Positions 10,551 through 20,441 of a stretch of 64,000 nt of DNA are shown piece after piece. The notes beneath the pieces are model-generated. The model saw only the letters and a program-made list of their open reading frames with translations, did not search any database and was not told the DNA's origin. Made by a program: the position numbers and the translations under genes. This stretch comes from a virus. The DNA is taken from positions 4,047-68,046 of the IMG/VR virus record IMGVR_UViG_3300034019_001677; one strand, given 5' to 3'. Each line of letters starts with the position of its first letter. Position 1 is the stretch's first letter.

Positions 10551-11014
10551 CAGGCGATGAAGATGGAGCCGGTGTCTGGCAGCTGGCCCACCAGCTCAGT
10601 GGTGAGGCGGCGGCGGGGCGCATCACCACGGATGGCATCCAGCGGTGATGTGAGGGTGACCTTGATGTACTCGCGCCGCTCGATCGGGCCCAGCCGCCAG
10701 AGATGGCGCGAGAGGAGGCGGACATCGGTGCCGGCGGCCACGTCGCACAGCACCACATCGGCGCGGAGCTTCCAGCGGTTGGCGCGGGCCTCGGCCAGCA
10801 CATTCAGCGCCAGCTGGTTGCGGTTCATCGCAAGCCGGCCCTCGGAGCGATCACCACCGCGGGCACCGGCCGAATCGGAAATTCGGAAGCCCATCGAGGT
10901 ATGGGGCCGGCCGTCGTAGGTGCGCGTCTGCCCGGTGAAGAGGTTCTGCCAGGCGTAGCCGGGCACTGGCGCGCCATTGGCCTGGAAGGAGATGTAGGCG
11001 CAGATGGCGATCAT
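10550..11014 (-). CDS. Minor tail protein (gpL-like)
   Basis: Between tape measure and NlpC gene; C-terminal 'LTSPLDA...PRRRLT...VGQLP'. Confidence 0.65.
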   Translation of the reverse strand: MIAICAYISFQANGAPVPGYAWQNLFTGQTRTYDGRPHTSMGFRISDSAGARGGDRSEGRLAMNRNQLALNVLAEARANRWKLRADVVLCDVAAGTDVRLLSRHLWRLGPIERREYIKVTLTSPLDAIRGDAPRRRLTTELVGQLPDTGSIFIA

Positions 11015-14000
11015 CAGCGCATCCCCACGCTGCTTTGAATGGAGGGGTTGTTGCGGAAGTCGTTGTAGACCGCTTCGCGGCTGGCTGCAGCGGCTGCGGC
11101 TGCGGCCTGGTGCACCTGCTCCACCGTGGCGTATTCCACGCCGTTGATCACCTGCGTTTCCACCTTGAGCCGCAGCGACCTGGAGGGGCCCATGGCGCTG
11201 GGGGGAGCGCCACCAGGCCCAGACCCTGCCATGGCGCCGCCGCTAGGGGATGACTTGAGGAAGGGAATCGGCGGCAAGCCAGACCGGCCGCCAGCACTCT
11301 GGGCGGGCCCGGCGGCCATGAAGGGGACTGGCGGCGCGCCAGACCGGCCGCCAGCACTCTGGGCGGGCCCGGCGGCCATGAAGGGGATGCCGAGCGAATC
11401 GCCACCGTCCGCCACCTGAGCACCGCCACCTGGGGTGCGCTGGAACGGCACACCCAGCGCCTTGGTGAGGGCCCGGTTGCTGTAGACCTTTCCGCCGGCC
11501 TTGTTGAACCGCACGATCTCCGCATTCTTCTCGCCCACCAGGTAGTCGAGCCCGTACTGGATCTCCCCCCCACCTGCGAAACCGGGGGTGAAGGAAAGGT
11601 TGGGGCTGCCCAGGTTGAGCATGGGACCAGCGGCAGACCAGTCAGGCCCCCCAAAAGCTGCTGCGCTGTTGAACGCGACATCCAGGTTGCCGAGGCCAGC
11701 GAAGCCGCTGATCAGGCTGGGGATTTTGGTGGCCAAGCTCCCCCACACGTTTGCGCTGTCGCCCACGGCAGCAGCTCCGGATGCACCGGCCGCAGACAGC
11801 AACGCCGCACCAGCGTTCATCAGCTGCAATGCAGCGCCCTGGTGGGCGCTTGCAGCGTTCGTGTGCGATGCCGCGGCCATCTCCAGTGCTCTGCCCGGGA
11901 TGTCGATCCCGGTGAACGTTTTCACGATCCCGCCCTGCAGCTGGGATAGCAGCGGGTTGAGGAGAGAGTCGAGTGTGGCCTTCATCAGCGACTGCCCCGC
12001 TTGCGCCAGCGCGCTGCTCACCGCCTGCCTCACATCACCACCAGTGAGCAGTGCCTGCACGGCGCCGGAAATAGAGCCGCTGATGCTGCCGCTCACCGCG
12101 TCGCCGGCGGAGATGGCCAGGCGGCCCTGGGGAGTCTGCATCACCTCGGCAGTGAGTTGGGCCTTTGTTCGCTCGTAGGCCAGCTGTGCTCGCTCTGCCA
12201 GCTGCTGCTCGGTGAGGTTTTCATTCTCCAGGCTGTTGGTGTTTTGGAGGTCTTTCAGGGCCTGGGTGTTGTCTTCTATGGCCCTGACCAGCCGGGTTTC
12301 GGCAGAATCCACGTCGTTCAGGCTCTGCTGCAGCGCTTCCGCCTGGTTGGCGGTGCTGGGCGCCACAACACCCCCAACGGCGGCAACTGTGGTGGCAACT
12401 GAGTCAGCAGGGAGGGCAGCCGCGGCCCGGGCCTGGCCCATACCGGTGAAGGGCTGCACGCCCAGCGGGATGGCTGCTCCAGGGGCCACGCCAGGGGGTG
12501 GGGCCACCGTGGAAAACGCATCTATGCGCTGGCTATGAGGCAACTGCCCTGAAGGGCGAAGGATCGAGGCTGAAGGGGCACCGACACTGGAACCAGCGGC
12601 CTGGCCCTGCACCCTCCCCGTAACGAGAAGGTCAGCGCTGCGGCGGGCGGCTGCCGTTTCTGCATTGCGCTGCAACGCCCCATTCGTTCCAGGGCTATTG
12701 ATGTCAACACTGTTATGTGCGCCAAACGTGCGGCCTGAACCATCAAAACGGCCCAGCACCTGCCCTCCAACTACGTGCTGTCCGACCTTTACGATTGCGG
12801 CCATGTGGCTATAGGTAGCCTCTAGTTTGTTGCCCAGGTCGTCAATGAACTCAATTACTGTGTAGTTTCCATTGTTACCTGCTCTGCTTATTTCGGTCAC
12901 CACGCCATTGTGGTAGCTGTGCATTTCATTGTTTGGTCCTACTGGCATGTCCGCGCCGTTCTGGCCGGACGCATCTAGCCGGCCACTGATGGAGCCCGGA
13001 AGCCGTGCAACACCTCCCAGCGATGGCACGCTGCTGGCCCCTGCCAGTCGTGGGGCGATTTCATCCTTCATCTGGGTCAGCCTGAGCCGACCCAGCTCTG
13101 CCGTCAGCTGCGCGCGCTGCAGGGCGATGTCCACCTTCTGCCGCTCCATCTGCAGCTTCTGGATCCGCAGCTCGCTCTCCTCTTTCTTGTGCTGCACCTC
13201 CTGCTGTTTCTGCGCCAGCTGGTGCTCGCGGGCCATCTGCCCCTCCTTGGCGTCGAACAGCCGCTGCTGCACTTCCGCCGCTGATTCCATCCCGCTCACC
13301 CCGGCCGCGGCCGCAGCGATCTGGGCCTCGATCACCGACGCGGTGCCGCCGCCACTGCGGGCGCGGTCTTGCAGCTCCTGCACTTCCGCGAGCCGCTCGG
13401 CGGCCTGCACCGCCGCCTTCTCGCGGGTCATGGCCAGATCGGCCTGGGCCTTCTCCAGCCGGCCCTGGCGCTCGAGGAGGGTGTTCTGACGGTTGATCGC
13501 GTCGCTCTGATCTTCCAGCTCTCGCTTTTTGGCGTTCTCCTTGTTGACGATCTCGTCGAGCGTGTTCGAGATGTTTTGCTCCGCACCGCTGATCTGGGCC
13601 AGGAGCAACTGCTGCTCACGGGTGTACTGGGCTTGCTGGCCCTGGATGTCGAGCTGCTGCTCCTGGAGGCCCAGTCGCTGGGCATCCAGAGCGATGATGG
13701 TGCCCAGCTGGCCTTCGGCCTCAAAAGCCAGCTGCACCTGCCGCCGGCTGCCCTCCACCTTGGCGTTGATGCGGGTCTGCTCGGCAGCATTGATGTTGAG
13801 CAGCTCTTGGTTCTTGCCCCACTCGGCGCTGTAGAGGGGCATATTTTTCTGCGTGCGCAGCAAAGCGTCTCGTTCCTTCTGCGCACGCACCTGTTCGGCC
13901 TGAGCTTCAGCCAGCTGGATCTTGAGCTGCTCCTGCTGGATCTTGATCTGCTTTTCCTGGATAAGCATCTGCCGCTGCTGCAGCTCCCGTTCGGTCTGGA

Positions 14001-16008
14001 GAATCCCCCGCCGTTCGGCGATAGCCTCTCGTTCCTGCCTGAGCTTCAGGTCAGCCAGGCGAGCCTCTGCAGCGGCTTTGGCCTCAGGGCTTGCAGCCAC
14101 CTGCGCGCCCAGCTCATAACCACGGGCCTCTAGAGCGCGGCGGGCTCCGGCAACAGAGCTCATGGCTTCCGCCACCTCCCGCTGCTTGTTCATCAGGGTG
14201 AGGCCCTGCTCCAGCGCCTTGATTTCGTTCTGGTAGGCCTTCTGCTTGATCTCTGACCATTCCTTGGAGATGTTCAAAGCCCGGATTGCTCCAGAGCCAA
14301 GCCTCTGTTCTCTGGCCTCGATCCGCTCTAGAACATCAGCTGGCAGCTTGAGGCTGCGCAGCGTTACCGGCTCGCTGAGGTTGGTTTGCCGGTTGAAGTT
14401 CTCCCTGAAGCTGAGCTGGGCTTCCTGAATTTGCTTTTCTGATGCACCGCTCGCCATCATTTGGGCGCGCATCGTAAACAAACGGAAGTTCAGAACGCTT
14501 TGCGCCCACTTCTTGTTCCAGTTGTCGATTGCTTTGCCGGCGCCTTCCGCGCCTGCTATGAGGTTGTCAAAGAATGTGTTAACGCCATCGGCATCTGCAT
14601 CGGCACTGGCATTAAACAGTGCCTTGATTGGGGTGATTGTTCCACCGATTAGATTCGCGAGATTTTCAAATTGTTTGGCAATCAGTTCAACAAACCTTGC
14701 AATCGTTACAAGAACAGGCTGCAGCACAAAACCCAGCACTGCGGTTGCCACGCCTACTACATCCATGATCACCCGACCCACCGATGAAGCGATAGCACCT
14801 ATAGATGTGAGAACTGAAATAACGGGGCCAAACACCTTGATAATTGGCCCAACAGCCTCGGCGATGCTCTTGAAGAACCCACTAAAGCTGCTCTGCAGAT
14901 TCTTGAAGGTGACCCCGATCGTTTGCAGCATCCTTGCCGTGTCGCGCTCCAGCGGCTGGCCAGCCTCAGATTGAATTGCCTGATTGGTTTCTTCAAAGTT
15001 GCTCAATACGTTTTCCATGCTTAGCGACAGCACCTTTTGGCCCTCGTAAAGTTTCTCCAGCCTCTGCATTAGGAAGTCGCTGAACGTCCCCTTGGCCTGT
15101 TGCTGGCGCACGTCCTCGTTGGAGATGCCTAGCTTTTGGGCCAGCATCGCGTCAGGGCCAATATTTCCCGTCATCAGGGCATTCACCTCCTGCCGCAGTT
15201 GGAAGGCAGGAATGCCAAGCGTGTTCATCCCGGCGGCTATCCTGGTGGCCAACTTGGCGGAATTTTCCAGCGTGCCCTTTTCGCCTAGAGCGCCGATGTT
15301 CTGGAGGATGATGTTGAAGCCGTCGTAGATTTCGCTGGCGGTGGCGCCGCTGATGTTGGCCACCTCTTTCTGGATGCCCTGGTATTCCTTCAAGATCGCG
15401 CCGCGCACGATCTGCATCTGGCGGGCAGTACCCTCCACCAGCTTCCCGTCTGGCCCGAGGATCGCAAAGCTCTGCGCCGCAAAGATCCCGGCCTCCGCCA
15501 CCTGCTTGTTGAGCCGGCCGGCCTCGGCCGAAAGTTGCTGCAAAGGGCCCAGCACGGCGTTAACTGCCCCCTGCAGCCCCCCGAAGATGGCCTGCAAACC
15601 CGTGGCCGCCAGGCCGAGCTGGCCCAGGATCGGTATCGCCTTCCCGGCCATCCCAAGCATTCCGGCCAGGCCATTGGTGGCGCCACCAAAGCCACCGCTG
15701 CCGCCAGCTGCTGCCGCCGCCTGGCCGGCGCCGCGCAGCTGCTGCGAAAGCATCGTGAACGCCTCGCCATCGCCCTGCACGCCGCGGCGCAAGGCCTCCA
15801 TGGTCGCGGCCAGCCCTTGATAGCCGCGCTGCGTTTCCGGTGGCGGCGGCGGGATGTTGGGGGCCGGGATTTTGGTGCCCCGCTTTTCCATGTCGGCGAT
15901 CACCGCCCGCATGCGCGCCAGGTCGCGCTCCAGCGGCTGCATGTCGCCGCGTAGGGTCAGCGTGGCTGTGCCCAGGCTGTATTCGCCGCCGCCGCCGCTC
16001 TGGGTCAA
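11014..16008 (-). CDS. Tape measure protein with an internal M23-peptidase-like domain
   Basis: 1664 aa, Ala/Gln-rich helical; follows tail chaperones; M23-like segment 'GNYTVIE...TYSHM..VKVGQHV..GQVLG...G.H' at about 12690-12970. Confidence 0.9.
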   Translation of the reverse strand: MTQSGGGGEYSLGTATLTLRGDMQPLERDLARMRAVIADMEKRGTKIPAPNIPPPPPETQRGYQGLAATMEALRRGVQGDGEAFTMLSQQLRGAGQAAAAAGGSGGFGGATNGLAGMLGMAGKAIPILGQLGLAATGLQAIFGGLQGAVNAVLGPLQQLSAEAGRLNKQVAEAGIFAAQSFAILGPDGKLVEGTARQMQIVRGAILKEYQGIQKEVANISGATASEIYDGFNIILQNIGALGEKGTLENSAKLATRIAAGMNTLGIPAFQLRQEVNALMTGNIGPDAMLAQKLGISNEDVRQQQAKGTFSDFLMQRLEKLYEGQKVLSLSMENVLSNFEETNQAIQSEAGQPLERDTARMLQTIGVTFKNLQSSFSGFFKSIAEAVGPIIKVFGPVISVLTSIGAIASSVGRVIMDVVGVATAVLGFVLQPVLVTIARFVELIAKQFENLANLIGGTITPIKALFNASADADADGVNTFFDNLIAGAEGAGKAIDNWNKKWAQSVLNFRLFTMRAQMMASGASEKQIQEAQLSFRENFNRQTNLSEPVTLRSLKLPADVLERIEAREQRLGSGAIRALNISKEWSEIKQKAYQNEIKALEQGLTLMNKQREVAEAMSSVAGARRALEARGYELGAQVAASPEAKAAAEARLADLKLRQEREAIAERRGILQTERELQQRQMLIQEKQIKIQQEQLKIQLAEAQAEQVRAQKERDALLRTQKNMPLYSAEWGKNQELLNINAAEQTRINAKVEGSRRQVQLAFEAEGQLGTIIALDAQRLGLQEQQLDIQGQQAQYTREQQLLLAQISGAEQNISNTLDEIVNKENAKKRELEDQSDAINRQNTLLERQGRLEKAQADLAMTREKAAVQAAERLAEVQELQDRARSGGGTASVIEAQIAAAAAGVSGMESAAEVQQRLFDAKEGQMAREHQLAQKQQEVQHKKEESELRIQKLQMERQKVDIALQRAQLTAELGRLRLTQMKDEIAPRLAGASSVPSLGGVARLPGSISGRLDASGQNGADMPVGPNNEMHSYHNGVVTEISRAGNNGNYTVIEFIDDLGNKLEATYSHMAAIVKVGQHVVGGQVLGRFDGSGRTFGAHNSVDINSPGTNGALQRNAETAAARRSADLLVTGRVQGQAAGSSVGAPSASILRPSGQLPHSQRIDAFSTVAPPPGVAPGAAIPLGVQPFTGMGQARAAAALPADSVATTVAAVGGVVAPSTANQAEALQQSLNDVDSAETRLVRAIEDNTQALKDLQNTNSLENENLTEQQLAERAQLAYERTKAQLTAEVMQTPQGRLAISAGDAVSGSISGSISGAVQALLTGGDVRQAVSSALAQAGQSLMKATLDSLLNPLLSQLQGGIVKTFTGIDIPGRALEMAAASHTNAASAHQGAALQLMNAGAALLSAAGASGAAAVGDSANVWGSLATKIPSLISGFAGLGNLDVAFNSAAAFGGPDWSAAGPMLNLGSPNLSFTPGFAGGGEIQYGLDYLVGEKNAEIVRFNKAGGKVYSNRALTKALGVPFQRTPGGGAQVADGGDSLGIPFMAAGPAQSAGGRSGAPPVPFMAAGPAQSAGGRSGLPPIPFLKSSPSGGAMAGSGPGGAPPSAMGPSRSLRLKVETQVINGVEYATVEQVHQAAAAAAAASREAVYNDFRNNPSIQSSVGMR
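11279..11387. repeat. 60-bp-period tandem repeat in the tape measure C-terminus (PFMAAGPAQSAGGRSG x2)
   Basis: The lines starting at 11281 and 11341 are identical for their first 47 bp. Confidence 0.9.
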
Positions 16009-16050
16009 ACCCGTTCATCCCTGCTTGGGGTCAGTCTGGCGCCGGGCTAG

Positions 16051-16548
16051 TCAGTAGCCAGAGCGCTGCAGCTCTTCGTGGGCCACCACCAGCACCCGTG
16101 GCGGCATCTGGTTGTTGCTGAGCAGCCAGCGGATCGTGGCGGCCGTCGCCTGGGTGATGCGAGCGTTCTTGCCCGGGGCGTCGGAGATCTTGAACGGCAG
16201 GAACTGATCCTCGCTGCGGCCCTTGTTGCCCAGGCCCGGGAAGGCAGCAATCTCAACCATCGAGGCCAACCGCGCCATGGTGGTGCTCAGCTCGTTGGTC
16301 CGTTTGGCCCGTTCCTTCAGGGCCCAGGCGTAGGCCTTGAGCACCGCATCCACCGGCTGGTACGCGAAGCGCTCGGCATGCCAGCGGGGGTCCTGCGTCA
16401 GCCCGCTGGTGAGGATCAGCTGGATCTCATCCCAGTCGGTAGGGGCAGTCTTGAGGTATGCCTCTATGCGGGCGCGGTGCTCGTCGCGGCTGAGGTTTTC
16501 TTCTGGCCTCGGGGCTTCGGCGCCGTCTTCGGCGCCGGCGGCTTTCCC
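16051..16548 (-). CDS. Tail assembly chaperone GT extension (expressed by -1 frameshift)
   Basis: The -1 frame from GGGAAAG reads GKAAGAEDG...RIEAYLKTAPTDWDEI...VDAVLKAYAW and joins ORF 16051..16353. Confidence 0.8.
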   Translation of the reverse strand, partial: GKAAGAEDGAEAPRPEENLSRDEHRARIEAYLKTAPTDWDEIQLILTSGLTQDPRWHAERFAYQPVDAVLKAYAWALKERAKRTNELSTTMARLASMVEIAAFPGLGNKGRSEDQFLPFKISDAPGKNARITQATAATIRWLLSNNQMPPRVLVVAHEELQRSGY

Positions 16549-17087
16549 CCCGCCGTCATCGCCGCCTTCTCATCGATCAGGAACTGCTGCAGCTCATTGA
16601 TCAGGTCAGCTGGCAGCTGACTGGTGTCGTTCTCGCTCCAGTCGCCGGGCTCCAGCTTCACCCAGTCCTGGCTGTCGGGGTCGAGGTAGTCGCCGCGGCC
16701 GATCAGCAGAGTGGTGACAAGGGCTTTCTTCTGATCGTCCATGGTGGCCTGGGACGAGAGGAAGGTGATCAGCCTCTGCGGATCACTGTTGAGCAACCCG
16801 AAGGCCTGCAGGGTGCCCTGCAGCGAATCCGGATCGTTGGGGTTGGCCACCCTTGATAGATCCTGGATCAGCTTGTCCACCTCCTCGATGGACATGCCGG
16901 TGTCCTTGGCGATGCCATCGGCCAGGCGGTAGAAGCTGCCGAGAGAAACGCACCGCTCCCGGTCGTGCTGCTCCATCAGTTCTGCTTCGCCCTGCAGCAC
17001 CTTGCCGTAGACGGCGAGGCGGAACACGCCGCCGATCACCTTGTGGCCGGTGCGGAACGACGCCAGAAGGCGACTGGCTACGGTCAT
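16464..17087 (-). CDS. Tail assembly chaperone (gpG-like)
   Basis: 207 aa upstream of tape measure, with a slippery heptamer near its 3' end. Confidence 0.8.
   Translation of the reverse strand: MTVASRLLASFRTGHKVIGGVFRLAVYGKVLQGEAELMEQHDRERCVSLGSFYRLADGIAKDTGMSIEEVDKLIQDLSRVANPNDPDSLQGTLQAFGLLNSDPQRLITFLSSQATMDDQKKALVTTLLIGRGDYLDPDSQDWVKLEPGDWSENDTSQLPADLINELQQFLIDEKAAMTAGGKPPAPKTAPKPRGQKKTSAATSTAPA
16542..16548 (-). other. Programmed -1 ribosomal frameshift site G GGA AAG
   Basis: Plus-strand ctttccc; same heptamer as the lambda G/T site, in the correct frame. Confidence 0.85.
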
Positions 17088-17332
17088 GTGAGAGGCCGGA
17101 TGGCCGCACGGATCTGAAAGCCAACGTAGCGCTGGCCTTGGTTCAGGACATCCTCCGGCAGGGTCAGCCAGAACTCAGCGCCGCCCTGGGGCGGGGTGAC
17201 AAGCACCTCTGCATCGGTGGCGCCGGCCTCCACCACCAGCATGCCCACCATCAGCTCCGGGGCGTTGTCGGGTGCCCTGCAGTCGATCGCCACCACGTTC
17301 TGCATGGGGGTGAGCAGCAGGCGATGGAACAT
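17084..17332 (-). CDS. Hypothetical protein (82 aa)
   Basis: Stop overlaps the chaperone start; preceded by the late-promoter-like motif. Confidence 0.6.
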   Translation of the reverse strand: MFHRLLLTPMQNVVAIDCRAPDNAPELMVGMLVVEAGATDAEVLVTPPQGGAEFWLTLPEDVLNQGQRYVGFQIRAAIRPLT

Positions 17333-17395
17333 GGGGCTGGAGCTGCTGCTGCCAGTGTGGCCCGGGTCATGCCCGGGCCCTGCTGCAGGTGCTGC

Positions 17396-18391
17396 TCACA
17401 CTCGCATGAACAGCCAGCTGGCGCAGCCCGGTGGATAGACGCTGCATTGCTTGCCGGCGGAGAGCTTGCCGCGGCCGATGAGGCGCCAGCCGTCGCGTTT
17501 GGCGCCGACTGAACGGGCGGCGGCCCACTTGTTGATGGTGTGGGCCTCCAGGCCGAGCAGGTGGGCCAGCTCGGGGCCGGTGATCAGATCGCCAGGCCGG
17601 TAGCCGTCGGGCTGCTGCGCAGACTGCGGAGGCATGGGCGGCCCCGGGGGCGCCTGGTGCTGGCGAGGAGGACGCGGACCAGGGGCCGGCGCCGCCGGCG
17701 CGGGTGCGGGGGGCCGGGGCGGAGCGGCCACGGCTGCCGCCACAGCCTGGCTCCTACGACTCGGCCGCAGGGTCATGGTGGGGTGCTGGTACACGAATTC
17801 CGTCCAGTCGTTGTGGCAGGCCAACCAGAACAGTCGCAGGCTCAGGCAGTTGTGCAGCTCCGTCAGCTGCTTCCGCTGCCGCCAGAGCTGATCAGCCACA
17901 AAGTCATGCGGCTGCGCAACGGCAGGCACTCCTACCGGTTCGCCAGCTGGTCGGACCCTGACATGCAGCTCGGTGCCAATCCGTTCGATGGCCACCATCG
18001 GCAGTGTGGGCGCCTCGGTGCGATCAGCGGCGATCCTGGGGGTGAGGCTCTCCAGGAACCAGCCGTCCATCCACACGGCGAAGGCGGGGGAAATCCAGCG
18101 GGCAAGGTCGACGGCGAGCTGGGGGTGAACCCAGGTGCCCTGCAGATGGGGAAGGCCACCCTGGATGGTCTGGATCAAACCATCGGGGCCCGTTGTGGGG
18201 ATCTGCACAACGGCTGCCAGAGCAGCGATGTAGGCCTGTGTGCGGTCTAATCGGATGTAGTCGGGCCAGCGCTTGCCGTTGGCCTTGCACATTGCCGTGG
18301 CGTTGACATAGCCGTCGGCCGGCCGGCGCTGAATCTCCACACCGTTCCAGGTGCGCGACTCCATCCCCTTGGGGGTGAGGGTGCTGTTCAT
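17396..18391 (-). CDS. KilA-N domain protein (antirepressor-like) with C-terminal HTH
   Basis: 'IQRRPADGYVNATAMCKANGKRW...GTWVHPQLAVDLARWISPAFAVW' is KilA-N; C-terminal 'ITGPELAHLLGLEAHTINKW' is HTH-like. Confidence 0.9.
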   Translation of the reverse strand: MNSTLTPKGMESRTWNGVEIQRRPADGYVNATAMCKANGKRWPDYIRLDRTQAYIAALAAVVQIPTTGPDGLIQTIQGGLPHLQGTWVHPQLAVDLARWISPAFAVWMDGWFLESLTPRIAADRTEAPTLPMVAIERIGTELHVRVRPAGEPVGVPAVAQPHDFVADQLWRQRKQLTELHNCLSLRLFWLACHNDWTEFVYQHPTMTLRPSRRSQAVAAAVAAPPRPPAPAPAAPAPGPRPPRQHQAPPGPPMPPQSAQQPDGYRPGDLITGPELAHLLGLEAHTINKWAAARSVGAKRDGWRLIGRGKLSAGKQCSVYPPGCASWLFMRV

Positions 18392-18635
18392 CAATGGCTC
18401 CCGCTCGAAGCGGGCGTATGAGTTGCCCGGTGCTGCCACCAGGTTTCGCCAGAGTACAGCAGATCACTTTGTCAAGGGGTGGCGGGTGGGGCCTCCAGTA
18501 CCGAGCCCGAACGGCGACTCACGGCACCGCTCCCGGCGCCCAGCCTTGCGGGGAGGGCCGACCCCACCCACCAGTGCAAGAGTACGGGAGGCGGGGCAAC
18601 GCCAGCCATCCCGCGATCACCTTGCTTCGGATCCG

Positions 18636-18908
18636 ATGCGACCACGCCGCTTCGCCTTTCTGCTCGCCGCGGCTGCCTTGGGAGTCAGCGTGCTCGCTTC
18701 AACAAGCGCAAAGTCGCAGGTAAGTACGTTTGATTGTTCAGTTTACCTGGAAAGTATTGAAGCATTTAGAAGTTGCCTAAAGTCCAATCGTATTGCGGAA
18801 GACGCAAACCGCAATATCTGTATTTCATACATTGACTTGGCTCGGAAAGCTGCTGCAAGAGGAGACAGCTCTGGTTGGAGCAGGGTCCCGACCTGGTGTC
18901 TGTACTAA
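18636..18908 (+). CDS. Small secreted 4-Cys protein (moron-like)
   Basis: Signal peptide MRPRRFAFLLAAAALGVSVLA; AT-richer body; opposite strand to the tail operon. Confidence 0.65.
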   Translation: MRPRRFAFLLAAAALGVSVLASTSAKSQVSTFDCSVYLESIEAFRSCLKSNRIAEDANRNICISYIDLARKAAARGDSSGWSRVPTWCLY

Positions 18909-18929
18909 AGCCCCTTGCGGGGCGCCCTC

Positions 18930-19121
18930 TCAGCAGGTCCACTCCTCCTCGATGGCGGCCATGTCGCGCAGGCGGTGCGCGGTGGCAAGCTGCTCATCGA
19001 TGAGCTGGTCCCACTCCTCGAAGAGAACCTCGATCTCGGCGAAAATCGCGTCGACCTCCGGATCTCCCGTCGGGGGTCCGAAGATGGACTCCTTTTGAGG
19101 GGTGCGGGTGGGGTTGGTCAT
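18930..19121 (-). CDS. Small acidic hypothetical protein
   Basis: 63-aa ORF with GGAGG upstream of the ATG. Confidence 0.5.
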   Translation of the reverse strand: MTNPTRTPQKESIFGPPTGDPEVDAIFAEIEVLFEEWDQLIDEQLATAHRLRDMAAIEEEWTC

Positions 19122-19312
19122 GGTGCCTCCGGTGGTGGGTGAGCCCCCTGGCGGGACTCAGAGGTGCCAGGGATCGGCACCACCGGGGCGGGCCAACCGC
19201 CCGCGGGATATTCAGCTGTCCAGGTCCTGGGGGTGTCCCCCGATGACTGCACCGTAACGGCTGCGGGCGGCCCTGCTGGGCAGTTTTCGCGCGAAAGACC
19301 AGAGGCCACCCA

Positions 19313-19345
19313 TGAAAAAGGGGCCCCGCAGGGCCCCTCTCTTTG
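19313..19345 (-). terminator. Intrinsic terminator after the major tail gene
   Basis: Minus-strand AGGGGCCC-tgcg-GGGCCCCT hairpin followed by a T run. Confidence 0.8.
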
Positions 19346-19368
19346 CTCTGGCGGCCGCGGCCTGGTGA

Positions 19369-20379
19369 TCAGGCGGTGCGGAAGGTGGTGGAGAAGCCTG
19401 CCAGCGGCCGGCGGATGCCGGCGGCATCGGCCACCAGGGAGGCATTGACGGCCTGGGTGATCGCCCCGTCGCGCACCACCAGACGGTAGATGGTGGCGGC
19501 CGCCAGGTCGGCGGAGGGGTTGATCGTCACCACACCACCAGCCAGGGTCACCACCGCCGGCACGCGCACGCCGGAGCTGGCCACCTCGAGGCGGAAGCCG
19601 CTGCCATCGGCCGCGCCCAGCGCCAGCTGGGTGAGCGGAGCGGTGCCATCGCTGGTGTAGGTCACGGTCAGGTTGTTGCCTACCACCACCGCCGTGCCGT
19701 TGTCGGCCGGCACCACCGCATAGCGACGGCTGCCGCTGGAGGGGGCCGTGCTGAGAATCACGCTCTGAACCGCACCGGTGGCCAGCGGCGCGCTGCCGGC
19801 GTTGAAACGGCCGAACATCGCCCGGCCGCGGCTCATGCCATCGAAGGTGACGTTGATCAGGTCTTCGGCGGCCTGGGGCTCCTTGTAGTTGCGCAGCGCA
19901 GCGTTGAAACAGGCGTAGTCGTAGATGTAGTCGCCGGTGTTGCCGCCAGCGCGGCCCAGCTCCTTGAACATCTCCACGAACACTTCCGAGTCGGTGTCGT
20001 AGCGGGCCTGCTCAACAATGGCGAACTCCTCGGAGTAGTCGCCGCGGAACTCAGGGCAGCCACCAGCGGCGCCCTGCACGATCAGCTTGGAGAAGAAGGT
20101 GTCGAACGAGGCGCTCACCTTGCTGCCGGTGGTCACCGAATCGCTCCAGCCTTCGTCACCGATCAGGCGAAACTCCCGATCGTTGTTGTCGACATTGAAC
20201 GACACCTGTTTGACGGTCTGCAGCTCCCGGGCCCAGTCGCCAGGGTCGAGGGTGGGGCGGGTGATGAAGCCGGACTCATCGCGCGTGGCGAAATAGCGGC
20301 AGGGGGCGCGCAGGGGGGTCATCAGCAGCACACTGCGGTGCGCCTTGACAAAGCTCTGCCCGATCGCGGTATCAGTCAT
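19369..20379 (-). CDS. Major tail tube protein with C-terminal Ig-like domain
   Basis: 336 aa; 'VTINPSADLAAATIYRLVV...FSTTFRT' is Big_5-like; position after the tail terminator. Confidence 0.8.
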   Translation of the reverse strand: MTDTAIGQSFVKAHRSVLLMTPLRAPCRYFATRDESGFITRPTLDPGDWARELQTVKQVSFNVDNNDREFRLIGDEGWSDSVTTGSKVSASFDTFFSKLIVQGAAGGCPEFRGDYSEEFAIVEQARYDTDSEVFVEMFKELGRAGGNTGDYIYDYACFNAALRNYKEPQAAEDLINVTFDGMSRGRAMFGRFNAGSAPLATGAVQSVILSTAPSSGSRRYAVVPADNGTAVVVGNNLTVTYTSDGTAPLTQLALGAADGSGFRLEVASSGVRVPAVVTLAGGVVTINPSADLAAATIYRLVVRDGAITQAVNASLVADAAGIRRPLAGFSTTFRTA

Positions 20380-20441
20380 GGTGGGGTCCTTGAAGGGGTC
20401 GGGGTAAAGGAGAAAGGCGGCCGCTGTGCAGCCCGTGGCTG

